Part shown: piece by piece, positions 29,201 through 40,633 of the stretch | Layout of the letters: each line of letters begins with the position of its first letter | Position numbering within the stretch: position 1 is the stretch's first letter | Program-made: the position numbers and the translations under genes | Notes under the pieces: generated by a model | The model's input: only the letters and a program-made list of their open reading frames with translations | Databases searched by the model: none | Told to the model about the DNA's origin: nothing | Assembly (NCBI GenBank): GCA_964057225.1 | Contig: OZ059894.1 | Span: forward strand, 7,440,001-7,504,000 | Length of the DNA stretch: 64,000 nucleotides | Direction of reading: 5' to 3' | Origin: Auanema rhodensis | Taxonomy: Eukaryota > Animalia > Nematoda

Positions 29201-32200
29201 GACATTGTTTCTTGGATATATTGTGATAAAAAGGTCCAAGCTTATGATTACGTTGTTCGGATGCATCAGGAATAGACGGCGGATCTCTTGTGAGATGATA
29301 TTCTGGGAGATAATGTGGCCGAATGGTCTAGGGGTGTGATTCTCGCTTTGGGTGCGAGAGGTCCCGGGTTCAAATCCCGGTTCGGCCCAAAATTTTGCTT
29401 TCTTTTGTTTCAGAAACAGTTTTGATAAAGCTTTCAGTTTCGGAACTTCTCTCAAATCCTTTCATTGGATATATTCTGGTAGAAAGGTCTAGGCTTATGC
29501 TTACGTTGTTTGGATGCATCAGGAATAGACGGCGGATCTCTTGTGAGATCATATTCTAGGAGATAATGTGGCCAAATGGTCTAGGGGTATGATTCTCGCT
29601 TTGGGTGCGAGAGGTCCCGGGTTCAAATCCCGGTTCGGCCCAAACTTTTGCTTTCTTTTGTTTCAGAAACAGTTTTGATAAGGCTTTCAGTTTCGGAACT
29701 TCTCTCAAATCCTTTCTTTGGATATATTCTGGTAAAAAGGTCTAGGCTTATGGTTACGTTGTTTGGATGCATCAGGAATAGACGGCGTTCTCTTGTGAGA
29801 TGTTATTCTGGGAGATAATGTGGCCGAATGGTCTAGGGGTATGATTCTCGCTTTGGGTGCGAGAGGTCCCGGGTTCAAATCCCGGTTCGGCCCAAAATTT
29901 TGCTTTCTTTTGTTTCAGAAACAGTTTTGATAAAGCTTTCAGTTTCGGAACTTCTCTCAAATCCTTTCATTGGATATATTCTGGTAAAAAGGTCTAGGCT
30001 TATGGTTACGTTGTTTGGATGCATCAGGAATAGACGGCGGATCTCTTGTGAGATCATATTCTTGGAGATAATGTCGATTGGACATTGTTTCTTTGGATAT
30101 ATTCTGGTAAAAAGGTCTAGGCTTATGGTTACGTTGTTTGGATGCATCCTTTCTTTGGATAATTTCCGGTAAAAAGGTATAGGCTTATGGTTACGTTGTT
30201 TGGATGCATAAGGGATAGACGGCGGATCTCTTGTGAGATGATATTCTAGGAGATAATGTGGCCGAATGGTCTAGGGGTATGATTCTCGCTTTGGGTGCGA
30301 GAGGTCCCGGGTTCAAATCCCGGTTCGGCCCAAAATTTTGCTTTCTTTTGTTTCAGAAACAGTTTTGATAAAGCTTTCAGTTTCGGAACATCTCTCAAAT
30401 CCTTTCTTTGGATAATTTCCGGTAAAAAGGTCTAGGCTTATGGTTACGTTGTTTGGATGCATCAGGAATAGACGGCGGATCTCTTGTGAGATGATATTCT
30501 AGGAGATAATGTCGATTGGACATTGTTTCTTGGATATATTGTGATAAAAAGCTCCAAGCTTATGATTACCGTGTTTGGATGCATCAGGAATAGACGGCAG
30601 ATCTCTTGTGAGATCATATTCTTGGAGATAATGTCGATTGGACATTGTTTCTTGGATATATTGTGATAAAAAGGTCCAAGCTTATGATTACGTTGTTCGG
30701 ATGCATCAGGAATAGACGGCGGATCTCTTGTGAGATGATATTCTGGGAGATAATGTGGCCGAATGGTCTAGGGGTATGATTCTCGCTTTGGGTGCGAGAG
30801 GTCCCGGGTTCAAATCCCGGTTCGGCCCAAAATTTTGCTTTCTTTTGTTTCAGAAACAGTTTTGATAAAGCTTTCAGTTTCGGAACTTCTCTCAAATCCT
30901 TTCATTGGATATATTCTGGTAGAAAAGTCTAGGCTTATGCTTACGTTGTTTGGATGCATCAGGAATAGACGGCGGATCTCTTGTGAGATGATATTCTAGG
31001 AGATAATGTCGATTGGACATTGTTTCTTGGATATATTGTGATAAAAAGCTCCAAGCTTATGATTACCGTGTTTGGATGCATCAGGAATAGACGGCAGATC
31101 TCTTGTGAGATCATATTCTTGGAGATAATGTCGATTGGACATTGTTTCTTGGATATATTGTGATAAAAAGGTCCAAGCTTATTATTACGTTGTTCGGATG
31201 CATCAGGAATAGACGGCGGATCTCTTGTGAGATGATATTCTGGGAGATAATGTGGCCGAATGGTCTAGGGGTATGATTCTCGCTTTGGGTGCGAGAGGTC
31301 CCGGGTTCAAATCCCGGTTCGGCCCAAAATTTTGCTTTCTTTTGTTTCAGAAACAGTTTTGATAAGGCTTTCAGTTTCGGAACTTCTCTCAAATCCTTTC
31401 TTTGGATATATTCTGGTAAAAAGGTCTAGGCTTATGGTTACGTTGTTTGGATGCATCAGGAATAGACGGCGTTCTCTTGTGAGATGTTATTCTGGGAGAT
31501 AATGTGGCCGAATGGTCTAGGGGTATGATTCTCGCTTTGGGTGCGAGAGGTCCCGGGTTCAAATCCCGGTTCGGCCCAAAATTTTGCTTTCTTTTGTTTC
31601 AGAAACAGTTTTGATAAAGCTTTCAGTTTCGGAACTTCTCTCAAATCCTTTCATTGGATATATTCTGGTAAAAAGGTCTAGGCTTATGGTTACGTTGTTT
31701 GGATGCATCAGGAATAGACGGCGGATCTCTTGTGAGATCATATTCTTGGAGATAATGTCGATTGGACATTGTTTCTTGGATATATTGTGATAAAAAGGTC
31801 CAAGCTTATGATTACGTTGTTCGGATGCATCAGGAATAGACGGCGGATCTCTTGTGAGATGATATTCTGGGAGATAATGTGGCCGAATGGTCTAGGGGTG
31901 TGATTCTCGCTTTGGGTGCGAGAGGTCCCGGGTTCAAATCCCGGTTCGGCCCAAAATTTTGCTTTCTTTTGTTTCAGAAACAGTTTTGATAAAGCTTTCA
32001 GTTTCGGAACTTCTCTCAAATCCTTTCATTGGATATATTCTGGTAGAAAGGTCTAGGCTTATGCTTACGTTGTTTGGATGCATCAGGAATAGACGGCGGA
32101 TCTCTTGTGAGATCATATTCTAGGAGATAATGTGGCCAAATGGTCTAGGGGTATGATTCTCGCTTTGGGTGCGAGAGGTCCCGGGTTCAAATCCCGGTTC

Positions 32201-35200
32201 GGCCCAAACTTTTGCTTTCTTTTGTTTCAGAAACAGTTTTGATAAGGCTTTCAGTTTCGGAACTTCTCTCAAATCCTTTCTTTGGATATATTCTGGTAAA
32301 AAGGTCTAGGCTTATGGTTACGTTGTTTGGATGCATCAGGAATAGACGGCGTTCTCTTGTGAGATGTTATTCTGGGAGATAATGTGGCCGAATGGTCTAG
32401 GAGTATGATTCTCGCTTTGGGTGCGAGAGGTCCCGGGTTCAAATCCCGGTTCGGCCCAAAATTTTGCTTTCTTTTGTTTCAGAAACAGTTTTGATAAAGC
32501 TTTCAGTTTCGGAACTTCTCTCAAATCCTTTCATTGGATATATTCTGGTAAAAAGGTCTAGGCTTATGGTTACGTTGTTTGGATGCATCAGGAATAGACG
32601 GCGGATCTCTTGTGAGATCATATTCTAGGAGATAATGTGGCCGAATGGTCTAGGGGTATGATTCTCGCTTTGGGTGCGAGAGGTCCCGGGTTCAAATCCC
32701 GGTTCGGCCCAAACTTTTGCTTTCTTTTGTTTCAGAAACAGTTTTGATAAAGCTTTCAGTTTCGGAACATCTCTCAAATCCTTTCTTTGGATAATTTCCG
32801 GTAAAAAGGTCTAGGCTTATGGTTACGTTGTTTGGATGCATCAGGAATAGACGGCGGATCTCTTGTGAGATGATATTCTAGGAGATAATGTCGATTGGAC
32901 ATTGTTTCTTGGATATATTGTGATAAAAAGCTCCAAGCTTATGATTACCGTGTTTGGATGCATCAGGAATAGACGGCAGATCTCTTGTGAGATCATATTC
33001 TTGGAGATAATGTCGATTGGACATTGTTTCTTGGATATATTGTGATAAAAAGGTCCAAGCTTATGATTACGTTGTTCGGATGCATCAGGAATAGACGGCG
33101 GATCTCTTGTGAGATGATATTCTGGGAGATAATGTGGCCGAATGGTCTAGGGGTATGATTCTCGCTTTGGGTGCGAGAGGTCCCGGGTTCAAATCCCGGT
33201 TCGGCCCAAACTTTTGCTTTCTTTTGTTTCAGAAACAGTTTTGATAAGGCTTTCAGTTTCGGAACTTCTCTCAAATCCTCTCTTTGGATAATTTCCGGTA
33301 AAAAGGTCTAGGCTTATGGTTACGTTGTTTGGATGCATAAGGGATAGACGGCGGATCTCTTGTGAGATGATATACTTTGAGATAATGTCGATTGGACATT
33401 GTTTCTTGGATATATTGTGATAAAAAGGTCCAAGCTTATGATTACGTTGTTTGGATGCATAAGGGATAGACGGCAGATCTCTTGTGAGATCATATTCTAG
33501 GAGATAATGTCGATTGGACATTGTTTCTTGGATATATTGTGATAAAAAGCTCCAAGCTTATGATTACAATGTTTGGATGCATAAGGGATAGACGGCGGAT
33601 CTCTTGTGAGATGATATTCTAGGAGATAATGTGGCCGAATGGTCTAGGGGTATGATTCTCGCTTTGGGTGCGAGAGGTCCCGGGTTCAAATCCCGGTTCG
33701 GCCCAAAATTTTGCTTTCTTTTGTTTCAGAAACAGTTTTGATAAAGCTTTCAGTTTCGGAACTTCTCTCAAATCCTTTCTTGGATAATTTCCGGTAAAAA
33801 GGTATAGGCTTATGGTTACGTTGTTTGGATGCATAAGGGATAGACGGCGTTCTCTTGTGAGATGTTATTCTGGGAGATAATGTGGCCGAATGGTCTAGGG
33901 GTATGATTCTCGCTTTGGGTGCGAGAGGTCCCGGGTTCAAATCCCGGTTCGGCCCAAAATTTTGCTTTCTTTTGTTTCAGAAACAGTTTTGATAAAGCTT
34001 TCAGTTTCGGAACTTCTCTCAAATCCTTTCATTGGATATATTCTGGTAAAAAGGTCTAGGCTTATGGTTACTTTGTTTGGATGCATAAGGGATAGACGGC
34101 GTTCTCTTGTGAGATGTTATTCTGGGAGATAATGTGGCCGAATGGTCTAGGGGTATGATTCTCGCTTTGGGTGCGAGAGGTCCCGGGTTCAAATCCCGGT
34201 TCGGCCCAAAATTTTGCTTTCTTTTGTTTCAGAAACAGTTTTGATAAAGCTTTCAGTTTCGGAACTTCTCTCAAATCCTTTCATTGGATATATTCTGGTA
34301 AAAAGGTCTAGGCTTATGGTTACGTTGTTTGGATGCATCAGGAATAGACGGCGGATCTCTTGTGAGATCATATTCTAGGAGATAATGTGGCCGAATGGTC
34401 TAGGGGTATGATTCTCGCTTTGGGTGCGAGAGGTCCCGGGTTCAAATCCCGGTTCGGCCCAAACTTTTGCTTTCTTTTGTTTCAGAAACAGTTTTGATAA
34501 AGCTTTCAGTTTCGGAACATCTCTCAAATCCTTTCTTTGGATAATTTCCGGTAAAAAGGTCTAGGCTTATGGTTACGTTGTTTGGATGCATCAGGAATAG
34601 ACGGCGGATCTCTTGTGAGATGATATTCTAGGAGATAATGTCGATTGGACATTGTTTCTTGGATATATTGTGATAAAAAGCTCCAAGCTTATGATTACCG
34701 TGTTTGGATGCATCAGGAATAGACGGCAGATCTCTTGTGAGATCATATTCTTGGAGATAATGTCGATTGGACATTGTTTCTTGGATATATTGTGATAAAA
34801 AGGTCCAAGCTTATGATTACGTTGTTCGGATGCATCAGGAATAGACGGCGGATCTCTTGTGAGATGATATTCTGGAAGTTAATGTGGCCGAATGGTCTAG
34901 GGGTATGATTCTCGCTTTGGGTGCGAGAGGTCCCGGGTTCAAATCCCGGTTCGGCCCAAAATTTTGCTTTCTTTTGTTTCAGAAACAGTTTTGATAAAGC
35001 TTTCAGTTTCGGAACTTCTCTCAAATCCTTTCATTGGATATATTCTGGTAAAAAGGTCTAGGCTTATGGTTACTTTTTTTGGATGCATAAGGGATAGACG
35101 GCGTTCTCTTGTGAGATGTTATTCTGGGAGATAATGTGGCCGAATGGTCTAGGGGTATGATTCTCGCTTTGGGTGCGAGAGGTCCCGGGTTCAAATCCCG

Positions 35201-36644
35201 GTTCGGCCCAAAATTTTGCTTTCTTTTGTTTCAGAAACAGTTTTGATAAAGCTTTCAGTTTCGGAACTTCTCTCAAATCCTTTCATTGGATATATTCTGG
35301 TAAAAAGGTCTAGGCTTATGGTTACGTTGTTTGGATGCATCAGGAATAGACGGCGGATCTCTTGTGAGATCATATTCTAGGAGATAATGTGGCCGAATGG
35401 TCTAGGGGTATGATTCTCGCTTTGGGTGCGAGAGGTCCCGGGTTCAAATCCCGGTTCGGCCCAAACTTTTGCTTTCTTTTGTTTCAGAAACAGTTTTGAT
35501 AAAGCTTTCAGTTTCGGAACATCTCTCAAATCCTTTCTTTGGATAATTTCCGGTAAAAAGGTCTAGGCTTATGGTTACTTTGTTTGGATGCATAAGGGAT
35601 AGACGGCGTTCTCTTGTGAGATGTTATTCTGGGAGAAAATGTGGCCGAATGGTCTAGGGGTATGATTCTCGCTTTGGGTGCGAGAGGTCCCGGGTTCAAA
35701 TCCCGGTTCGGCCCAAAATTTTGCTTTCTTTTGTTTCAGAAACAGTTTTGATAAAGCTTTCAGTTTCGGAACTTCTCTCAAATCCTTTCATTGGATATAT
35801 TCTGGTAAAAAGGTCTAGGCTTATGGTTACGTTGTTTGGATGCATCAGGAATAGACGGCGGATCTCTTGTGAGATCATATTCTAGGAGATAATGTGGCCG
35901 AATGGTCTAGGGGTATGATTCTCGCTTTGGGTGCGAGAGGTCCCGGGTTCAAATCCCGGTTCGGCCCAAAATTTTGCTTTCTTTTGTTTCAGAAACAGTT
36001 TTGATAAAGCTTTCAGTTTCGGAACTTCTCTCAAATCCTTTCATTGGATATATTCTGGTAAAAAGGTCTAGGCTTATGGTTACTTTGTTTGGATGCATAA
36101 GGGATAGACGGCGTTCTCTTGTGAGATGTTATTCTGGGAGATAATGTGGCCGAATGGTCTAGGGGTATGATTCTCGCTTTGGGTGCGAGAGGTCCCGGGT
36201 TCAAATCCCGGTTCGGCCCAAAATTTTGCTTTCTTTTGTTTCAGAAACAGTTTTGATAAAGCTTTCAGTTTCGGAACTTCTCTCAAATCCTTTCATTGGA
36301 TAAATTCTGGTAAAAAGGTCTAGGCTTATGGTTACTTTGTTTGGATGCATCAGGAATAGACGGCGGATCTCTTGTGAGATGATATACTTTGAGATAATGT
36401 CGATTGGACATTGTTTCTTGGATATATTGTGATAAAAAGCTCCAAGCTTATGATTACCGTGTTTGGATGCATCAGGAATAGACGGCAGATCTCTTGTGAG
36501 ATCATATTCTAGGAGATAATGTCGATTGGACATTGTTTCTTGGATATATTGTGATAAAAAGGTCCAAGCTTACGATTACGTTGTTTGGATGCATAAGGGA
36601 TAGACGGCGGATCTCTTGTGAGATGATATTCTAGGAGATAATGT

Positions 36645-36716
36645 TGTCGAATGGTCTAGGGGTATGATTCTCGCTTTGGGTGCGAGAGGTCCCGGGTTCA
36701 AATCCCGGTTCGGCCC
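36645..36716 (+). pseudogene. Variant tRNA-Pro copy with damaged acceptor stem
   Basis: 5' end reads TGTCGAA instead of GGCCGAA; the 3' half is canonical. Confidence 0.55.
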
Positions 36717-37897
36717 AAACTTTTGCTTTCTTTTGTTTCAGAAACAGTTTTGATAAGGCTTTCAGTTTCGGAACTTCTCTCAAATCCTCTCTTTGGATAA
36801 TTTCCGGTAAAAAGGTCTAGGCTTATGGTTACGTTGTTTGGATGCATAAGGGATAGACGGCGGATCTCTTGTGAGATGATATACTTTGAGATAATGTCGA
36901 TTGGACATTGTTTCTTGGATATATTGTGATAAAAAGGTCCAAGCTTATGATTACGTTGTTTGGATGCATAAGGGATAGACGGCAGATCTCTTGTGAGATC
37001 ATATTCTAGGAGATAATGTCGATTGGACATTGTTTCTTGGATATATTGTGATAAAAAGCTCCAAGCTTATGATTACAATGTTTGGATGCATAAGGGATAG
37101 ACGGCGGATCTCTTGTGAGATGATATTCTAGGAGATAATGTGGCCGAATGGTCTAGGGGTATGATTCTCGCTTTGGGTGCGAGAGGTCCCGGGTTCAAAT
37201 CCCGGTTCGGCCCAAAATTTTGCTTTCTTTTGTTTCAGAAACAGTTTTGATAAAGCTTTCAGTTTCGGAACTTCTCTCAAATCCTTTCTTGGATAATTTC
37301 CGGTAAAAAGGTATAGGCTTATGGTTACGTTGTTTGGATGCATAAGGGATAGACGGCGTTCTCTTGTGAGATGTTATTCTGGGAGATAATGTGGCCGAAT
37401 GGTCTAGGGGTATGATTCTCGCTTTGGGTGCGAGAGGTCCCGGGTTCAAATCCCGGTTCGGCCCAAAATTTTGCTTTCTTTTGTTTCAGAAACAGTTTTG
37501 ATAAAGCTTTCAGTTTCGGAACTTCTCTCAAATCCTTTCATTGGATATATTCTGGTAAAAAGGTCTAGGCTTATGGTTACTTTGTTTGGATGCATAAGGG
37601 ATAGACGGCGTTCTCTTGTGAGATGTTATTCTGGGAGATAATGTGGCCGAATGGTCTAGGGGTATGATTCTCGCTTTGGGTGCGAGAGGTCCCGGGTTCA
37701 AATCCCGGTTCGGCCCAAAATTTTGCTTTCTTTTGTTTCAGAAACAGTTTTGATAAAGCTTTCAGTTTCGGAACTTCTCTCAAATCCTTTCATTGGATAT
37801 ATTCTGGTAAAAAGGTCTAGGCTTATGGTTACGTTGTTTGGATGCATCAGGAATAGACGGCGGATCTCTTGTGAGATCATATTCTAGGAGATAATGT

Positions 37898-37969
37898 GGC
37901 CGAATGGTCTAGGGGTATGATTCTCGCTTTGGGTGCGAGAGGTCCCGGGTTCAAATCCCGGTTCGGCCC
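37898..37969 (+). tRNA. tRNA-Pro(TGG), last copy before the LTR element
   Basis: Identical to the canonical 72-nt copy. Confidence 0.95.
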
Positions 37970-38338
37970 AAACTTTTGCTTTCTTTTGTTTCAGAAACAG
38001 TTTTGATAAAGCTTTCAGTTTCGGAACATCTCTCAAATCCTTTCTTTGGATAATTTCCGGTAAAAAGGTCTAGGCTTATGGTTACGTTGTTTGGATGCAT
38101 CAGGAATAGACGGCGGATCTCTTGTGAGATGATATTCTAGGAGATAATGTCGATTGGACATTGTTTCTTGGATATATTGTGATAAAAAGCTCCAAGCTTA
38201 TGATTACCGTGTTTGGATGCATCAGGAATAGACGGCAGATCTCTTGTGAGATCATATTCTTGGAGATAATGTCGATTGGACATTGTTTCTTGGATATATT
38301 GTGATAAAAAGGTCCAAGCTTATGATTACGTTGTTCGG

Positions 38339-38704
38339 CGTTCCATTCGGAGACTCTATATATGTAACTGCAGGGTTAGAGCCAGACCGACTAGAGGAAT
38401 GAGGAATGGCACCGCCTTCCCTCATGCCCCTATTCGGGAGTTCGCCCCTTTGCAAGCCCATGGACGGTTTGCATCTAACTTAGTTAATCTTATATATTAG
38501 TCTTTGTCTTGTAAATGTAGTTTACTTTATCCTTGTGTTAATGTATTGTAATGATATTGTATTGTGTATAATAAACCTATATATTTCCTTATCTTATGTA
38601 ATCCTTATGCTCTGTTTCCATACCGCTACACTTATGGAATACTATACGCGTAGTTGAGCAGACTACAATGGTCTGTTCAATATACGTAGGAGCATAATGG
38701 AACG
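38339..38704 (+). repeat. 5' LTR (366 bp)
   Basis: Matches 50044-50409 with no difference seen by eye. Terminal inverted repeat CGTTCCATT...AATGGAACG. AATAAA at 38570-38575. Confidence 0.96.
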
Positions 38705-38717
38705 TGGAGGTTCCACC
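38705..38717 (+). promoter_or_regulatory. Primer-binding site, tRNA-Gln
   Basis: TGGAGGTTCCACC directly abuts the LTR and is complementary to GGTGGAACCT-CCA, the 3' end of metazoan tRNA-Gln. Confidence 0.88.
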
Positions 38718-39687
38718 TCGAACTCATTTTTGTCGCAAAAACTCGCATAAAAAGTCCATATTTTGATATCTAAATTAAAACTTCCTCCACGGTTAGCAAC
38801 ATAATGAGGGCGCCAACTTGTATAAGGTGCAGGTACAAGGGATCTCTCTTTTAGAGAGCTAGGACTACATAATTTTGAAATTTCACCCGCTGTCCCCACT
38901 CATAAAACCGTCTGAGTGTCCACCCTTATAATACCGTATCCTGCACCGCTTCTCTTGCATTTTTTTTTGAGGACGTTTGGATCGAAATAGGGGACAATTT
39001 CACCAAACGAAATTTTGATTACATTATTATTTGGCAACGAGGAGTTAGAATGAAATTTTGAAAGCGCACAAAGTTTAATATTTTATTGTGGTCAGGACTA
39101 GAGATTTGAAAGTTAAATTCAGGCGTAAAAGAGCATGCTAACTAAATATTTTTGCGGGAGCCGTTATTCGGTTTTTATTTTTTTTTTGATTGTGAGAATA
39201 GACCACACTAGTCCGAAAAATCCTGGCACAAATTTTATTGCCTGTCAGGTCATTTTGGCGAAAGCACATGGGCTACGGATGTTTTCTTCTCCGTAGAATG
39301 TGTCACCTTCCTCAGCTCATTTTTGTTGCTAACATCATAAGATATTCCCACACACCTACCGTAGTATTCATATTGTAATATTCTATAAATTAGTAGAATG
39401 GTTTAAAGAAAAAAATTGCGTTTTATAAACGAGCTTTGGTCTCAGTCCATTAGTAAAATGAGCAATCTTTTTAAATATTCTCGGAATCTCATTAGCATGC
39501 CAAAATCATTCCGAAAAAGAATCGCCCACGGCTTTTAATAATAACGTGCACATGAGCCATTTTCCCAAGGCGCACGCACTCCTTCTTTATTAATAAGCTC
39601 GACCAAAGTTTGTGTTATGGAAAAAAAAAAAAAAGAGAGAGAGAACAAATGAGTGAAATTAAGTATTTATTATATATGAAACAATTG

Positions 39688-40221
39688 TTAAAAGCCCCAT
39701 TTAAAATGCAACTGTCTCACAAATTCTATAGGCTGTGAGATGGGCTCATCGCTAGGCTCTAAATACTGCGAATACACCGAATCCGCAGAGGTCCTTAGCA
39801 ATAAGCCCATAGGAGACTGTTCATAAAATAAATAAATTTTAAACAAAATTTTAGACATATAATCATAAAAATCATGAGACTTATGCTCATACCAATTCCA
39901 AGGGGATGCGACCAGATTTGGGTTTTCATACCAATGCGCGCACAAGTCGGTGAGGCACCATCGCCGGATAGCTGCAACCTCATCCGCTATTTCCTGCATT
40001 AGGGAGAAGTTTACTAATCCCCTTCCCAGATAATGCATCTTTAAATCCTCAATAAACTAAAAATTCTTATTAAGATAACATGTTTCTTTGTTTTAACCAA
40101 CCATCTTAATTATGTCTGGGTGCGGCCTATAAGCTAACACTTCGTCTTGATCATACAAGACGAGGTCAGCGTACAGCTTCCTCAAGACAAAAGTCATTCC
40201 CGATAGACCTTCATAAGCCAT
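39688..40221 (-). CDS. Antisense two-exon accessory gene, ~162 aa, unknown function (exon 1 40221-40102, intron 40101-40057, exon 2 40056-39688)
   Basis: ATG at 40221 gives MAYEGLSGMTFVLRKLYADLVLYDQDEVLAYRPHPDIIKM. A 45-nt GTTGGT...TTTTTAG intron with an in-frame TAA joins it in frame to FIEDLK plus the 116-aa ORF 39688..40038. AATAAA on the minus strand at 39666-39671. Confidence 0.72.
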
Positions 40222-40633
40222 TCTTTGATTTATTTTTTTTTTTCAGCTCTACAAATATAAAGATTCTTATGCATAAAAAGGGGACATAAAACGACTGAAA
40301 ATCTCTCTCATACTTTCAAGAATTCAATTAGAGTAAAGTATTAAGATTGAGGCTAGAAAGAGCGAAGACCAAAAAAATTTATAATTGATGAACATCTGTG
40401 AAATAGAATAAAGAAAAGAGAATACGGTAGATAGGCGGAGCCAGATCTCAGGCCAAGATTTTAAAACTCTTTCTCATCTAATAACGATTCTCGGCGAAAG
40501 ACGCCACGTCTCAATCTTCAAACGTTTCTTACTTTTCCTATAACCGACCCGAATTTCTTGTCACTCATTCAACGTCAACATCCCCCATATAACGAAACAC
40601 TCGCGGTTTTTCCGAACCAAGAGTGATTCCAAA

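Larger units (their letters stand above)
1..38338 (+). repeat. Tandem tRNA-Pro(TGG) gene array, left part (~105 tRNA copies; ~253-bp tRNA units interspersed with 0-5 copies of a 122-bp unit)
   Basis: The same 72-nt tRNA recurs at 84, 337, 590, 843, 1096, 1349, 1845 ... 37898. Spacings are about 253 + n x 122 bp. Copy number was counted by eye. Confidence 0.97.

Noticed and set aside
84-38338. CRISPR-like repeat/spacer pattern
   Set aside because: The constant part is a eukaryotic tRNA, the spacers are themselves repeats, and there are no cas genes.
38705-38717. Element primed by the surrounding tRNA-Pro
   Set aside because: A Pro PBS would read TGGGGGCCGAA; the observed PBS matches tRNA-Gln.
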